In this document: positions 13,241 to 29,076 of the stretch, piece by piece | Layout: each line of letters begins with the position of its first letter | Numbering within the stretch: the first letter of the stretch is position 1 | Notes under the pieces: model-generated | The model's input: the letters and a program-made list of their open reading frames with translations, nothing else | Databases searched by the model: none | Told to the model about the DNA's origin: nothing | Source: Paragordius varius | Lineage: Eukaryota; Animalia; Nematomorpha | NCBI GenBank assembly: GCA_964247055.1 | Contig: OZ176051.1 | Coordinates: forward strand, 14,198,001 to 14,262,000 | DNA length: 64,000 nt | Reading direction: 5' to 3' | Program-made: the position numbers and the translations under genes

Positions 13241-14200
13241 CCCAAAACTCTTCAACGAAAACCCATTTCAAACTTTTGATTATTTTTTCGTTAATAAATG
13301 TTAAATAAATTTAATTTTACGATTCGCAATATTAGCCATGTACCTAAATCATTTTGTAGAGAATTTATATTAATGTATATCTGATGAAATAAGGGATACC
13401 TTATGAAGACAATCAAATATGAGAGGTTTATATAAATTAATAAATAAACTGGTCCCTATAATCGATAATTATCTTCAGTTTATCCAAACTTAATTATGTT
13501 GTGTCCATTCTGATTTATAATTAGAATCTTAAAATTTTGTGAGTATCAATATTTTATTTTTGGTTAAATATTAATTTAATTAACAAGATTACTGGTGTCA
13601 ATAATAGGAATCGGCTGTTTAAATGACAAAAACATTTAATTATTTATTATTTATTTTTGACAATATTTTTCTGCCAGTGTTTTGAGTGTAAAAAAATCTG
13701 TTGGGGACAAAATGTTTGAGTTGACGACTATTACACTTAAAAATTTTTCAAAAACTAGGCCTTGTTTTTTAGTCCTATCATATATATTTTTTAGTTCGAA
13801 ATGGCTCTGGGTATTACCCTAAAACATATTAAAGTGGTTAACATCCTTCAAACTATATTAAATTTGTTCATGATGCCTTAATTAGACCATATTTCATAAC
13901 AATGTCTTTATGTAAACTAGTATAAAAAATAAATAGTTTAGGGCAGTGGTACTCTCAAATTTGACCAGCCAAAATGAAATATATTTTTTTTCGATAGCGA
14001 TGGACCTTATAATGACAAATGCATAGCTGATTGACACATATGCACATGTTTATACTCTAAATCAGCACAATAAATTTTTGCGGGTCGCATGTAAATCCAG
14101 CTAAAAAGTCGTTATGCACCATTTAGTTAAAAAAATTAAAATACTTTGATATCAACATTTATTTTGATGTAACCAATTTTTGAATTTCGTTTCGTCTCAT
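12570..14200 (+). repeat. Segmental duplication, copy B (copy A at 1-1541)
   Basis: Direct alignment by eye to the window start. The true 5' breakpoint cannot be seen because copy A is cut by the window edge. Confidence 0.97.
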
Positions 14201-14584
14201 AGAATTTGTGTTACAGAGTTTGAAAAACTTAAATAAATAGATATTGTATTGATTGTTTATCTTTTTGTGCCTTATTTCTTAAATTTTGACTGAAAATGAT
14301 TAAAATAATTTTCGTAAAATTCAAATTGAATGGCAAAAAAATGTTACATTCATAAACGAAAGACTTGACTTAAGTGTTTTTTCATCACCGATCTTCAATT
14401 GTAGACTTGCTGGCTTAAAATGGGAACAATGTCGAATTATTATATAGTAACTAAATAAACTTTCAAAACAGTATTTTATTTACAAAATAGAAATCTGGTC
14501 TTTAAAACTACCCCAATATGTCGTCGCGGACAAATAATTGAAAAGGTTATAAAATGTTAAATATGCGATGAAGTCACGAGTTTA

Positions 14585-15127
14585 CAGTTGGATACAGCAA
14601 ATTCATTTCAGTTCATCAATTCTAATTGGAGTTAGATACCCGGGCTTGTTTAAAGCTATTTATTTCAAACAATATGGAATAAATTGATGGGAAAAAATTC
14701 ACTTATATAGCATTAATGAACAGAAATATAAATTCATTCAAAAATACTTGATTATTTTTATTCGGAGTAAAATCCAAAGGTAAAAATCTAGCATGATATG
14801 ACTGAATAAGTTAATTATAAAAAAACAAAATAAACCACTTTTTTTGTTTACATCAATGCTAAATAGGATTTAATAAAAAAATAAACTTAATTTTAGGTTT
14901 AGAATTTAATAAATATCATATTTTGCAATATGTTGTATAAAAATGGCGTCCAAGTGGTTTGATACGGATATTTTTACCAAAACTAAATTGTAATTAAACA
15001 TTTGGCTTTTTCATATAATTTTTATAGGGATAGAAGCATAAATTTACATTGGAACCGTTTCGTAGTTTTTCAAAAATATTAGCTTAAATATTATCTGGGG
15101 GGTATTTAGATACTATGTATAGAAGTG
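14585..15127 (-). mobile_element. TTAA-type (piggyBac-derived) MITE, inverted copy
   Basis: Reverse complement of the family defined at 46061-46640. Ends in AAGTG followed by TTAA (15128-15131). Confidence 0.7.
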
Positions 15128-15378
15128 TTAAATTAAAATGTTAAGTTAAATAACTATTTATTACAATTAATACTTTATATTTAACAAATATTAAAAATGA
15201 GGTCTTAAAAATAAATCATACTGTTTTTATATCGTTTTAAAAATATTTTTTAATACCCTGTTTTATGTGAAATTCGGAATCCTGCTTATTTATGGAAAAT
15301 TATTTATTTTGGAAGGGATCAAAAATTTGGGATGTTTGGGGAATGCATATAAAATTTTTTAATATATTGTATTATTAA

Positions 15379-17420
15379 CACTTCGATTCAAATTAGGGTA
15401 TCCATATATCCCAGACCATTTTCAAATTGGTAATTTTAAAAAACTACCGAATTGAATGGCCCTAACTTAAATTTATGCTCCTATCCCAATAAAAATTTTA
15501 TAATTAATCCAAAATATCTAAATAAAATTTAGTTTTAACAAAAAATTCTCGTCTCGAATTAGTTGACGCCAGAATATTTTTGTTTTTTACAAGAGTACAT
15601 CTTACATTTTAAGTTTGCATAAACCCTCTTCCTCTAAAGATATCATTTAAAATATTTTCCGTTACGAAGAATTTATATTTTTGTTATGGAAGAATTTTCA
15701 GATAATTATGATACTAGCAGATATTAATAAAGCGATAATGTCGATAGTGACTCCTCATCTTCGTAGTCAGGTATAAAAAAAATTATTTAGATTTAATATA
15801 AGGGAAATCTACTTTATTCAAAATAATTTGTTTTTATTAAACACTTAAATCCTACTAAAATCAACCAATCCAACATGAGCCGTTTTATCCCCGGCCCAAA
15901 TCAATTGTCCAGAACCCACTTAAAACATTCAATTCTATAATTAAGGCATATTATTTATATACAAAGTTAGGTATCTTGATTGCTATGGGCATTTTGGACG
16001 AAAAAAACATAAAATCGTAACAAACTCATCTTTTTCGACTTTAGAAAAGTTATTTCGAAAAGCATAAACATTAATATGCCAAAAAGGTATAAATATTTAT
16101 ATATATTATGCAAGGTGCTATTTGTGTCCAAGAGTTGACAAAAATCCGTAATATTTTGTCAATTATGCCAAAATCCGGTGTGCAAAAACCACAGAAAATT
16201 CAATTTTTTCCGAACCATCCATTGTTTATCGAAGAGTTTGTCCCAAAAGTAAAATTATAATATGAGTAAGTTCATATATATTTTGTGTTGAGATAGATCT
16301 TGAATTGTTTGCATAAACTATGAAAAATATCTAAATAAATTATTTGGAGATTAAATTATATTATAGTCTATTTCCCTTCCATGTTAAATCGGAATGCGTT
16401 GTGATCATCCATCTAAAATACTCACCAAAATTAACGAGTCGAATAAATATATTTTATCTATTGCCACAATATAATGCCGATAAATATCACATATTTTAGA
16501 TATAACATACATCAATTTATATTAACCAATTTTGATAAATCTGATTATCATAACAAGCCAATCTAACGTCATACCTCTATGTGCTTTAAAATAATTATTA
16601 TTTTAATATGCCTTGATGCAAGTTGAGACAAAACAACCAGGGTAATATAATCGTTTTTTACGAGATGTGCATGGAACCAAATAAATTTTTTAAGAAAGGT
16701 TAAAACTGATAAATGCATTATTTTATAAAGCATAGCAATCACAAAATAATAATTTAATAATTCATGGCAAATATAGAGATGCCCGAGCGGCGGTTAGAGT
16801 TTCACTGATCTAAACATTAAACGATTAACTTCTAGAAAGCAAAAAGCAAGTTTTAATTTATTTTTAAAGATGATCGTAGAATAAAATAGATAATTAGATA
16901 CAAAGCATCAAATATTAAAACGATGTTATAAAATTATGGGTTATCAAGATTTTTATTAATTTTGTTGACCGTGACAAAATCTTGATATATGATTATATTT
17001 CAATATTATTGTATAGTTAACCTAAATATAAAATTTACTTCAGAAGCGTGGAATGTTTTGAATTTAACAAATCTCTTGCAAAATTAAGAGACTAATTTTA
17101 TTGTTGTTTCTCGAACAATAACTGTAAAATATCTTATATAAGAATTTTCAAATATATGTTATAAGCACCTATTAAAAAAATTTACTTTCAAAGATGTTTC
17201 TTTCAGTTATGGTAATGCTAAACATAAATAATTGATATTATAATCCTACTGTATGAAGCATTTATGGACTGGAATCATAATGTATCCTGTTATATTTAGT
17301 TAATTAGGAATTCGTAAATATAAAATAAGCAATAAATTTGAAGACATTAGGTGTTTAATAATATATTTGCTTTTCAAAGGCCGGGCCAACTACCCCAATT
17401 TGAATCTAAAGACTAAAGTG
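15379..17420 (+). mobile_element. Internally deleted piggyBac-like element with MITE-family ends
   Basis: TTAA|CACTTCGATTCAAATT at 15379 and ...AAAGTG|TTAA at 17420. Inside: an acidic Ser/Asp stretch near 15690-15770 and a frameshifted Cys-rich RCYLCPRVDK...FCQLCQNPVCKNH at about 16113-16195, matching the piggyBac C-terminal cysteine-rich domain pattern. Confidence 0.7.
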
Positions 17421-17823
17421 TTAAGTATCGTATTTATATTTTAGATTTTTTGAATTTAACCATTGGATATCATTGAAAAAGTTTATTTGGCATAATGTGC
17501 GCAAATTTTGAGATTTGATTGTAAACCAGAAAAGTGATTTTCTTATGTAAGGCAAGAACCAAAAACACTATCGGAATCAAGCACTTTTTAGCGTAAAAAT
17601 ACAAGACATATTAACATACTCTGTGTTAAACTAAATAATTAAAAATTGGTACAGTTTCATAAAATATTTTATTTAAATCTTCATATTTATAAAATTAAAA
17701 AATTTATAATTTCGCTAGCTTGTGTTTCAGGAGGTAGATTGTATCAGTTGACGCATTGTAAATCTGCCGGATTAGCTATTATTCACAACCAAAATTCGAA
17801 ACTGTGATACAAACGATTTATAG

Positions 17824-21102
<3,279 letters not shown>

Positions 21103-23183
21103 TCCCCCTCCCTCCATCCATTTTATTAATTTTTATACACATTTTAACAAAAACACAACCGTTTATTTCAACACTGTTGTATGTAATGTTTAAAGTTTAC
21201 TATTTATTTTCCGAACATTCGCAAAACATTTCATGTTAAACAATCCTTCACCAACTTCTTGACTTAGACTTACTTGGTCTTGGTTTAAAGCGGAATTCGA
21301 AAATGGATTTATATCTTTTTTTCATAATACCCGCTCTAAATAAGAGATATGTTATATATATCTGGTTATTGGATAAGAAGCACTAATTTTACATTGATAT
21401 ATAGCCTAATATGATGGTCCAACATGGTGTGTAAGTTCAACCAACAATCTATATATAATATTTTTTATTTTGTTCTTTTTTTAATTTCATTCTTTTGCAT
21501 TATACCACCACCACCCTTTTTAATGAAATAATTTCCTTTTTAACAAGTGTCGATTTGTATTTCAAATTGTATACAAAGGTATTTTTATTGATAAATGCCA
21601 TTTTTTACTTATTTTGCGTCTTCTTCTTTTTAATTTGTGGTCGCGATTTGGGATGGACACATACACCATACAATGAATATATAAGTATCTTCTTCTTAAT
21701 AACATATGATATCGAATGTTAAATAAATATTTATTAAACTATATTTTATTTATTATACTATATCATTATTATATTATGTCACGATTTTACGATTAAATAT
21801 ATACGAATTTAATTATATACTGTAAGATTAAAAAATGATTATCAGGAAAAAACAAATGAATATCCAAAATAAAAAAATAATTATTGTGTAAGATACAACA
21901 GAAAGGATTCATCAAGGTTTGTATATGGTATATTTATTAAATATTTTTTAAACCATGTCCTAATCATTTTTTTCTTTTGGATATTCATTTGTTTTTTTTT
22001 TCGTGATAATCATTCATTAATCTTACTGTATTTAGGGAGACGAATTTGAGTAAAGCGTTTATAGTAAGAATGATACATTGATTGTTAAATTTAGTGGTAA
22101 AAATTTGATTGTAGCATAACATTAGACCCAATTTTTTCGCCATCGGGTTTTTTGCATTTTGATTGAGACATTAATAACAAAGAATTCGATATATATCTAT
22201 ATATTAAAGTAAGCATTCAAAATAAAATTTTACGATTACGTTAATAACAACATTTGCGAAAGAGAATTTAAACTCTTTAAATTACCTATAAATAGCGGTT
22301 TTTATGTCCAAAGCCGGTCAAAGACAAAGTGGTGCAGAATTAAAAATTTCTGGTTTTATAATTCCTCAGATCAAAGATGCATCTAGAAGAAGTCACCGGA
22401 GTACTCAAACAATTGATTAATGTATAAGCGATTTTGTTCATCTAACATTAAACGACAAACACGCACAAGTTGAGTTACCCCTAGCGGCCTATTTTAAATC
22501 AGAAATCACATTGAATATTATGCTTGAAAAATAACACGTTACCACACGCATTATCAATCAGAAAAAAGCTGTTAAATGTTATGGTTTGCGGGTAGAAAAG
22601 GGGGATACTCTATCAATTTAAACATGTGGCTAAGAAATATTAAAAGTTGTGATTTAATACGAAAGAGTATGGGTGCTATAGTAGTGCGAAGCTAAATGCA
22701 AAGTTTATTCGATTATAAATTCTTACCCCAAAGCGATAATTTGAATATCTTAAAATGTAATTAAGATATTTGATCAAATTAAAAAATATGCTCTTTTTAG
22801 CATTTTAGGCGCATGCTTCAATTTTTCCTCAAAAATTAAAAAGTAAAAATCCTCATCTTGAACCTTTTCGCTGCCATCATCCCCAAGTTTTTAAATCGCT
22901 AATATAACAGGCGAATAAGCGTTTATGTTTAAAAAATGTAAATAACTAAGCCTTCAAGTTTTTTAGCTCGCAAATACCTGTGCCTAATATTTATTAATTA
23001 GCTGTTGTTTTAATCAGATATCGGAGCTACTTAATAGCCTCTGGAATTAAAAATACTATAAAAAATATAAGCTTTATTAAAATTAGTTTAAACCACTAGT
23101 TTTTAACAAGTAGCTCCGGGGTATAAAACTACCCCAAAATGTAATCGTGCAAATAATGAACATGTTATGAAGTGTTTATAGCA

Positions 23184-23983
23184 GGGCTTGGAACCGGAAC
23201 CACATGCTGGGATTTTAACGAGAATTGGTTCCATTGGCATGAAACCAACGCGGTTCCGGTTCCAACCGTTCAGGAACCAGCTCGATCCGGTTCCGCACCC
23301 TTAATTACTGGTTCCCATATGAATTTTATTATAAAAATTTTATTTTTTGAATTTGATTGTACCACTATATATTACATACGTCAAACTTTAAACCTAAAAT
23401 CAAGCGCCTAATATTATATTAGCCATACTCTCCGCGTTTTAGGCGTTTCAACTGTTCTAAAAAACTAATAGTCAAGAGTTTGTTTATAATACATATGTTC
23501 GTATATATAGGTGTCCGTTGAAAAAGGTTATTAAACCTTAATTTTCTAATTTCAGACTTGAGAAGCAGTTTGACCAGCAAATTGCTTGGTCCTATAATTT
23601 TTTAAAGTTATATAAAGATTTTTTTAAATGCCATAATTTAACACTCCTTATAAAATTTTGCATTTATACATTTTCCCATTATATTTTTATAATTTGTTCA
23701 TTTAGTATACTACACTATTTTCCCTTCACTATACATTTGGCAATTTATAATTAATTATTTGATTAATAATTATTAATATTTTGTTTATATTATTATAATA
23801 ATAATTTTGTAAATCATTTAATCAAAAGTCAGGAACTGAAAATGGAACAGGTTCTAAATGTAAAGAACCGGTTCCGGCCGCTAAGATTTTAAGAAACCAA
23901 CGGGGTTCCGTTCCATTTGTTCAGGAACCACCCGGTTCTATTTTTTAATTCATAAGAACCAACGCGGTTCCGGTTCCAAGCCC
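23184..23983. mobile_element. 800-bp non-autonomous TIR element (MITE)
   Basis: Perfect 18-bp TIR GGGCTTGGAACCGGAACC. Flanking direct repeat TATAGCA (23177-23183, 23984-23990). Subterminal GGTTCC/GGAACC repeats around an AT-rich core. Confidence 0.85.
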
Positions 23984-23999
23984 TATAGCAATTGGCAGA

Positions 24000-24620
24000 A
24001 TTACATGTATCACAAAAAACAATCAATAGATCCGATCATAGACACCAAAAATGCGAATGAACACAATTTGAATAAACGTTAAATTAAATTCGCAAAGCAC
24101 TTGTAAATTCTACTTCACCCACATGAATAGTATTATTTTTGTCGAATGTAATAAGTTTATTTTTTAAATCCAAAAATCATGACTTTTATCTTGCCAAGCC
24201 GTTTCCACAATAAGGTTAAATCTTTTCGGCGAGAAAACTATGATCTGTGTCTTGTGGGGCCAGTGCGGTATTATCTATCTAAAACAATTGATTCTCCTGA
24301 AATTGTTTATGCACAACATTATCGCTTACACCTAATACAATACCATGTATTAATCCAAAAACGACCGGAATGAGCCAAAAAACATGGGGAAACTATTTTG
24401 CTACATGACAATGCTTAGCCTAGCACAGCAAAATCAGTGAAGGATTAAAATCGCTAATGGAAATTTTTTCCGTAGTCGCTGACTCTTCTGATCTGGTCCA
24501 TCTGACTAATACAATTTCACATCAATGGGGTAAACCCTCGCAAAACAGCCCTGAAGACGTTAAAAAATGGCTTAACGAATAGATTTCCGCAAAAAGCAAG
24601 CATTTTTTTCTGGCCCGGCA
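24000..24620 (+). mobile_element. Degenerate mariner transposase fragment
   Basis: KTMICVLWGQCGIIY (24234-24278), LIQKRPE, ILLHDNA (24395-24415), followed by a decayed YSPDLAPSD-like segment. Confidence 0.85.
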
Positions 24621-24811
24621 ATCCTTTATTACTTGAGAGATGATTGAAATGTGTAGAAGCCGATATATACAATAATTTAATGAATGAAATAAATAATTGA
24701 TTACATTTCAAAAATTCCATGTTCTCATCAAAAAACTGGTAAAAATATGAGTACACGTGGATGTTTTTTCCCATTAAATTGCACAAAAAATGTGATTATA
24801 TACCATTTGCG

Positions 24812-24874
24812 CTTCAAGTTGGTCCTTAAACACTTCAAGATGGTCCTTGAACATTTCAAGTTGGTCCTTAAAAT
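24812..24874. repeat. Three tandem copies of a 21-bp unit (CTTCAAGTTGGTCCTTAAACA)
   Basis: Direct head-to-tail repeats with no spacers. Confidence 0.9.
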
Positions 24875-25908
24875 TAAATTTTTATTTTATTATTTTTTAA
24901 CCTAATTTTCTTTATTATATATTTATTTATTTAAAAATAAATAATATTATTTATAAACCGCGATTTGTTTTATAATAACTTTTTTTAATTTAACGAAATT
25001 ATAAACTTTTAAATGTTTTTAATGAAAAATTGTGAGTAAACCCAGAAAATTTATATATTTTTTAAATAAATGTTAAAATCTTAAAAATATCCAATTTAAA
25101 AAATCAATAAAGATATACGGTTTCAGAATGATAAAAAGTTGATGATTTAAAATCCATGTTAAATAGAAAAAATAGGTTAAATGCTAAAGCTTTTAGCTAT
25201 CGAACGATATATGATTCTTTATTACTCATTTGTTATCTTCTTTTTGACCCATAGTATATTTTTTAATATCATTTACAGTTCAAACTCACCTTCGACAATC
25301 CAAATTCCCTCTTGAACAATTAAATTTACCCGAAAATAAATTGTGTTTTCGAATTAATATAACTCATTATTAATAGAAATATATCTTTATGGCATAGTTT
25401 ATTATTTTTTATGTATTATTTGAATCTAAAACAAAATTTTTATTTTTAAAAAATAAAAATATAGGTAATTTTTAATCAAAAAAACATATTTTATTTGAGG
25501 GTGAATTTGAATTGTAAATTATATATATGATTAAAATAAAATAAATTTAAATTACACTTTCAATTTTTTTACATAATCAATATACTGGATTTTAAGTTAA
25601 TATTTGATATCCATACCCCAAAAAAAAATTTGATCCTTTTATATAAAATTAAATTATACTCTTTAATAAAATAAATTCATTTTTTCAAAAAACAAATCAT
25701 GAAGCAAATATTGAGTCAAGCATTTTCCCCACAATCGGGATCAGGGGAGATGGTTAAAAATTCTTAAGTATGCTGTCATCCTAACTCACTTTTAAAAAGT
25801 TAAAAAATAGAAAAATATATCAATATAGGATAGATGGACATTTTTTTCATCCCAAAACAGGATAAATTGTTAAATTATATAATAATACCTAAAAAGATGT
25901 AAAAATAA

Positions 25909-25944
<36 letters not shown>

Positions 25945-26116
25945 CCGTTTATAAATAAGCTTATAAAATTTTAAAATTCAATCACAAAATTTCCTTTATG
26001 TACAATTTGACAATCTTCCAATAATTGAGCCATGTCCAAAGACCATTCACAAACCTATATATTAAAAGAAGTTTTAACGTGTAGATAGTTTGTTACAAAT
26101 ACTTAGATTTTAACAT

Positions 26117-27492
26117 TTAAAATACTTTATTATGAAAATCGGAGTGAGATTCAGAATTTTGTTTATTAGATTTTTGTAGCACTTCATGTATTTCAGATAT
26201 AATGGTATCTGGATTTATTTCTGTTGTTTTCTGCAACACATTAATACATGATGTAAAAAAAGGATTTTAACTTTTTTTTGTAAAATTAAAAAATCGACAC
26301 ATAAATATTACCGTTTGATGAATGTAATTAATTATGTTTTGATTGGAAGCCCCTTGTACATTGTTAGGTTGGTCTGATTAACAAAATTATCATATAATAT
26401 AACAAAACTTATATATTATAAGTGGTGAATTTCCAACAATTTTTATGTTTATCATGCTATATAAAGGGAATCATATTTTATTTTTTCTTTATGATATATA
26501 AGGTTTTATTGGGTCATTTTTTTTACAAATACTATTTTTAGATCTTCTAATTTAAGTATTATTTAATACTAAAATCACCAGAATGGGGTATTTAAGAAAA
26601 AATTAATGGAAATTATGCTAAAATACATTAAGTTAGATAAATGTAATCATAAATGATAATTTATTGTTAGATATTGAAAATTGCGATTAAATAGTTAGAA
26701 TTCAATTAAAACGATAACAGATTAATTAAATTAATGGAAAATTTTTTGTTCATTTTTGTATGCTTTAAGATTACATAACTTTATCATTAATCAATTATAT
26801 TTGTTTTGTTTAGCGATTTAATTATCCTCAAAAAATATTTCCTTGCGAGATGATAGTTTTTAATTGTTACAATGTTATTTATCAAAACCCAAAACTGACA
26901 TTCTAACCCATGCTTTTTCTTATTAATGTTTTAAAACATAAACAAGCCCCACAAATAATGAAATGGGAAATTTACCTTTTTTATATAAATGAATATCTGG
27001 AATGGAAACAAGGAGGACCCGGTTTAGCTTATCAATTAAATCTTGTGGTATAAGACTTACTTCAGCCTCACTATATATGTATATATTAATTTATAAACTT
27101 TTCTTTTGATGTTTCTGACTTATATGGATTTATGCCATTGACATTAATATTATTGGTGGAATTAGCATCTGACGATACATCTATTATATAACTAAAAAGT
27201 ATGGTTTAAATATTAAAAACCTTGCTGTTTTATGTAAGATATTATTGATATTATTATCTATTGTATCAAGTTCAGGAATAAGAAGTTTAGGTAAACTTTT
27301 TGGCGATAAATCAACGCTTTTAGAAACGGGGAGAACTGATTTTTCAGACCCATTATTTTGTAACAAGGGGGTACGTTCGTTTACAGTTGCCTATAATTAT
27401 TATTTTAAACATAAAATTTAAACCTCATTATTTGGTTCATTAGATGCAAAACAACAACAAATATATTTTGTTACAAATTCGGTACAGCTCAT
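26117..27492 (-). CDS. LAMTOR1: LAMTOR1 (Ragulator p18)-like protein, about 200 aa; exons 27492-27424, 27390-27221, 27191-27099, 27070-26976, 26373-26312, 26230-26117
   Basis: Spliced reading MSCTEFVTKYICCCFASNEPNNE-ATVNERTPLL...NNILHKTA-SYIIDVSS. It has the N-terminal Cys cluster, the ERTPLL dileucine motif, and a match to the LAMTOR1 core ILxKTASNIIDVS. GT-AG introns keep the frame (603 nt). The last two exons are less certain. Confidence 0.7.
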
Positions 27493-27537
27493 TTTTATAA
27501 TATAATCATAATTTTAGCAGACATACATTAAAAACGC

Positions 27538-29018
27538 ATGGATTTGATTCCGATAGAAATGCAAAAACGCCCAAAAGAAATAAAACCTGGTGTTGTTTAT
27601 TTAGCATTTCTTCCTCCTCGAATGACTGTGCGAAGAATACGGGAAATATTTAACAAATACGGCAAAATTGATAGAATATTTTTAGACCCTTCCAAAAGTA
27701 TATTCTTACACAATTTTGTTTTTTATAGATAATAATCAATCAGGCTACTTTGATGGTACATCTAATAGTGGGCCACTTTATAACAAAGGCAGAAGGCTAA
27801 CAAAACAGTACACTGAGGGATGGATTGAATTCTTGGATAAAAGAAAAGCCAAACAAACAGCCCTTATGCTAAATGGAACGCCTATCGAAGTATATAACTT
27901 AATTCCATTTTTTATGTATTTTCGTATTGGTAGTTTTGTATTGAATTTCAGCTTTAAAACTAGACTTTGCATTTTACAGGATTTGACCATAAAACAATTA
28001 TAGGAGTCGTCTGTTTTAAATAAGGTTTGTTCAAAGCCTTTTAAATTATATTTTTAAATTGCAAACCTTCACATTAAAATTAATTTAAAACATGTGTCGC
28101 TATTTTTAAGTCATTAATTGACTTTTGTGAATTATTTAATTGGCATGGAGTTTTCCTCACTCACTTATTACGCATACTGTACTTTATAACCACACTCTAC
28201 CATACCTTTTTTAACATTCCATTACCTATTGGGGTAGTTTTATATCCCAGAGCTTCAAAAGTATTTTGGATATTAAGCTGAATTTAAAAATATGCATTTT
28301 TTTGTTTTTTGGCGCATTATATAAAAAATTCTAAAAAAATCCGCATATCAAATTTTTTTACCGCCATTGATAAATTTTTTAAATTGCTAATGCAACAGAT
28401 ATATAAATATATGTTATCGTTAGAAAAAATAATTATCTTTAAAAAGCTTTTAGGCTACATTTTACTAGCAAAAACTTGATATATATTGTTTTAAATATCA
28501 GTGGTTGATTTCGATGATCGTGCTTTGAAGCCGAGCTTATTTTAGACTCTAGAAGTCACAAAACTGTAAAAAATATAAGCTTTTTTATCTAAAATGTTAG
28601 AACAATGTTACATTATTAAATTTTAACTAATAACTTTTTAAACTGTAGGTTTTTTACAAATTTAATTCTGAGATATAAAATATACTACCCCGAAAGGTAA
28701 ACTAGGACAAAAAAAGGAAAAGGTGATGCAGCGTTAGTCATTGAGGAAATAAAAGTAATTATGAATCTTATGAAATCCAAAATAATATGAACAATATGGT
28801 AGGTTAGTCGCATATCTTTATTACTTCTAGTGGGTTTGGGTTTTATTTATTAGTAGATCTATTTTAAAGAAAGAAATCTTTTTGAAAAATTGAATATTTC
28901 CAAAATTTTCGATTCATGGTAACATCTTGTTCAGGGGATTGACTTAACTTAAACAATTTTTCACACAAAAAATGTATATATTTTAACATTATCATATACG
29001 ATTGTAAAAATTAGGAGA

Positions 29019-29076
<58 letters not shown>

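Noticed and set aside
21495-21722. 75-aa ORF after ARF1, and basic minus-strand readings in the same place
   Set aside because: Non-ATG start, low-complexity AT-rich translation, no splice or motif support; probably ARF1 3' UTR or flank.
22240-22720. GC-richer, coding-like segment (MSKAGQRQSGAE...)
   Set aside because: Probably a decayed transposase, but too many stops and no diagnostic motif to assign.
23172-23411. 79-aa ORF MFIAGLGTGTT...
   Set aside because: Translation of the MITE TIR and GGTTCC/GGAACC subterminal repeats.
24812-24874. CRISPR-like short direct repeats
   Set aside because: Head-to-tail 21-bp units with no spacers, no cas genes, eukaryotic context.
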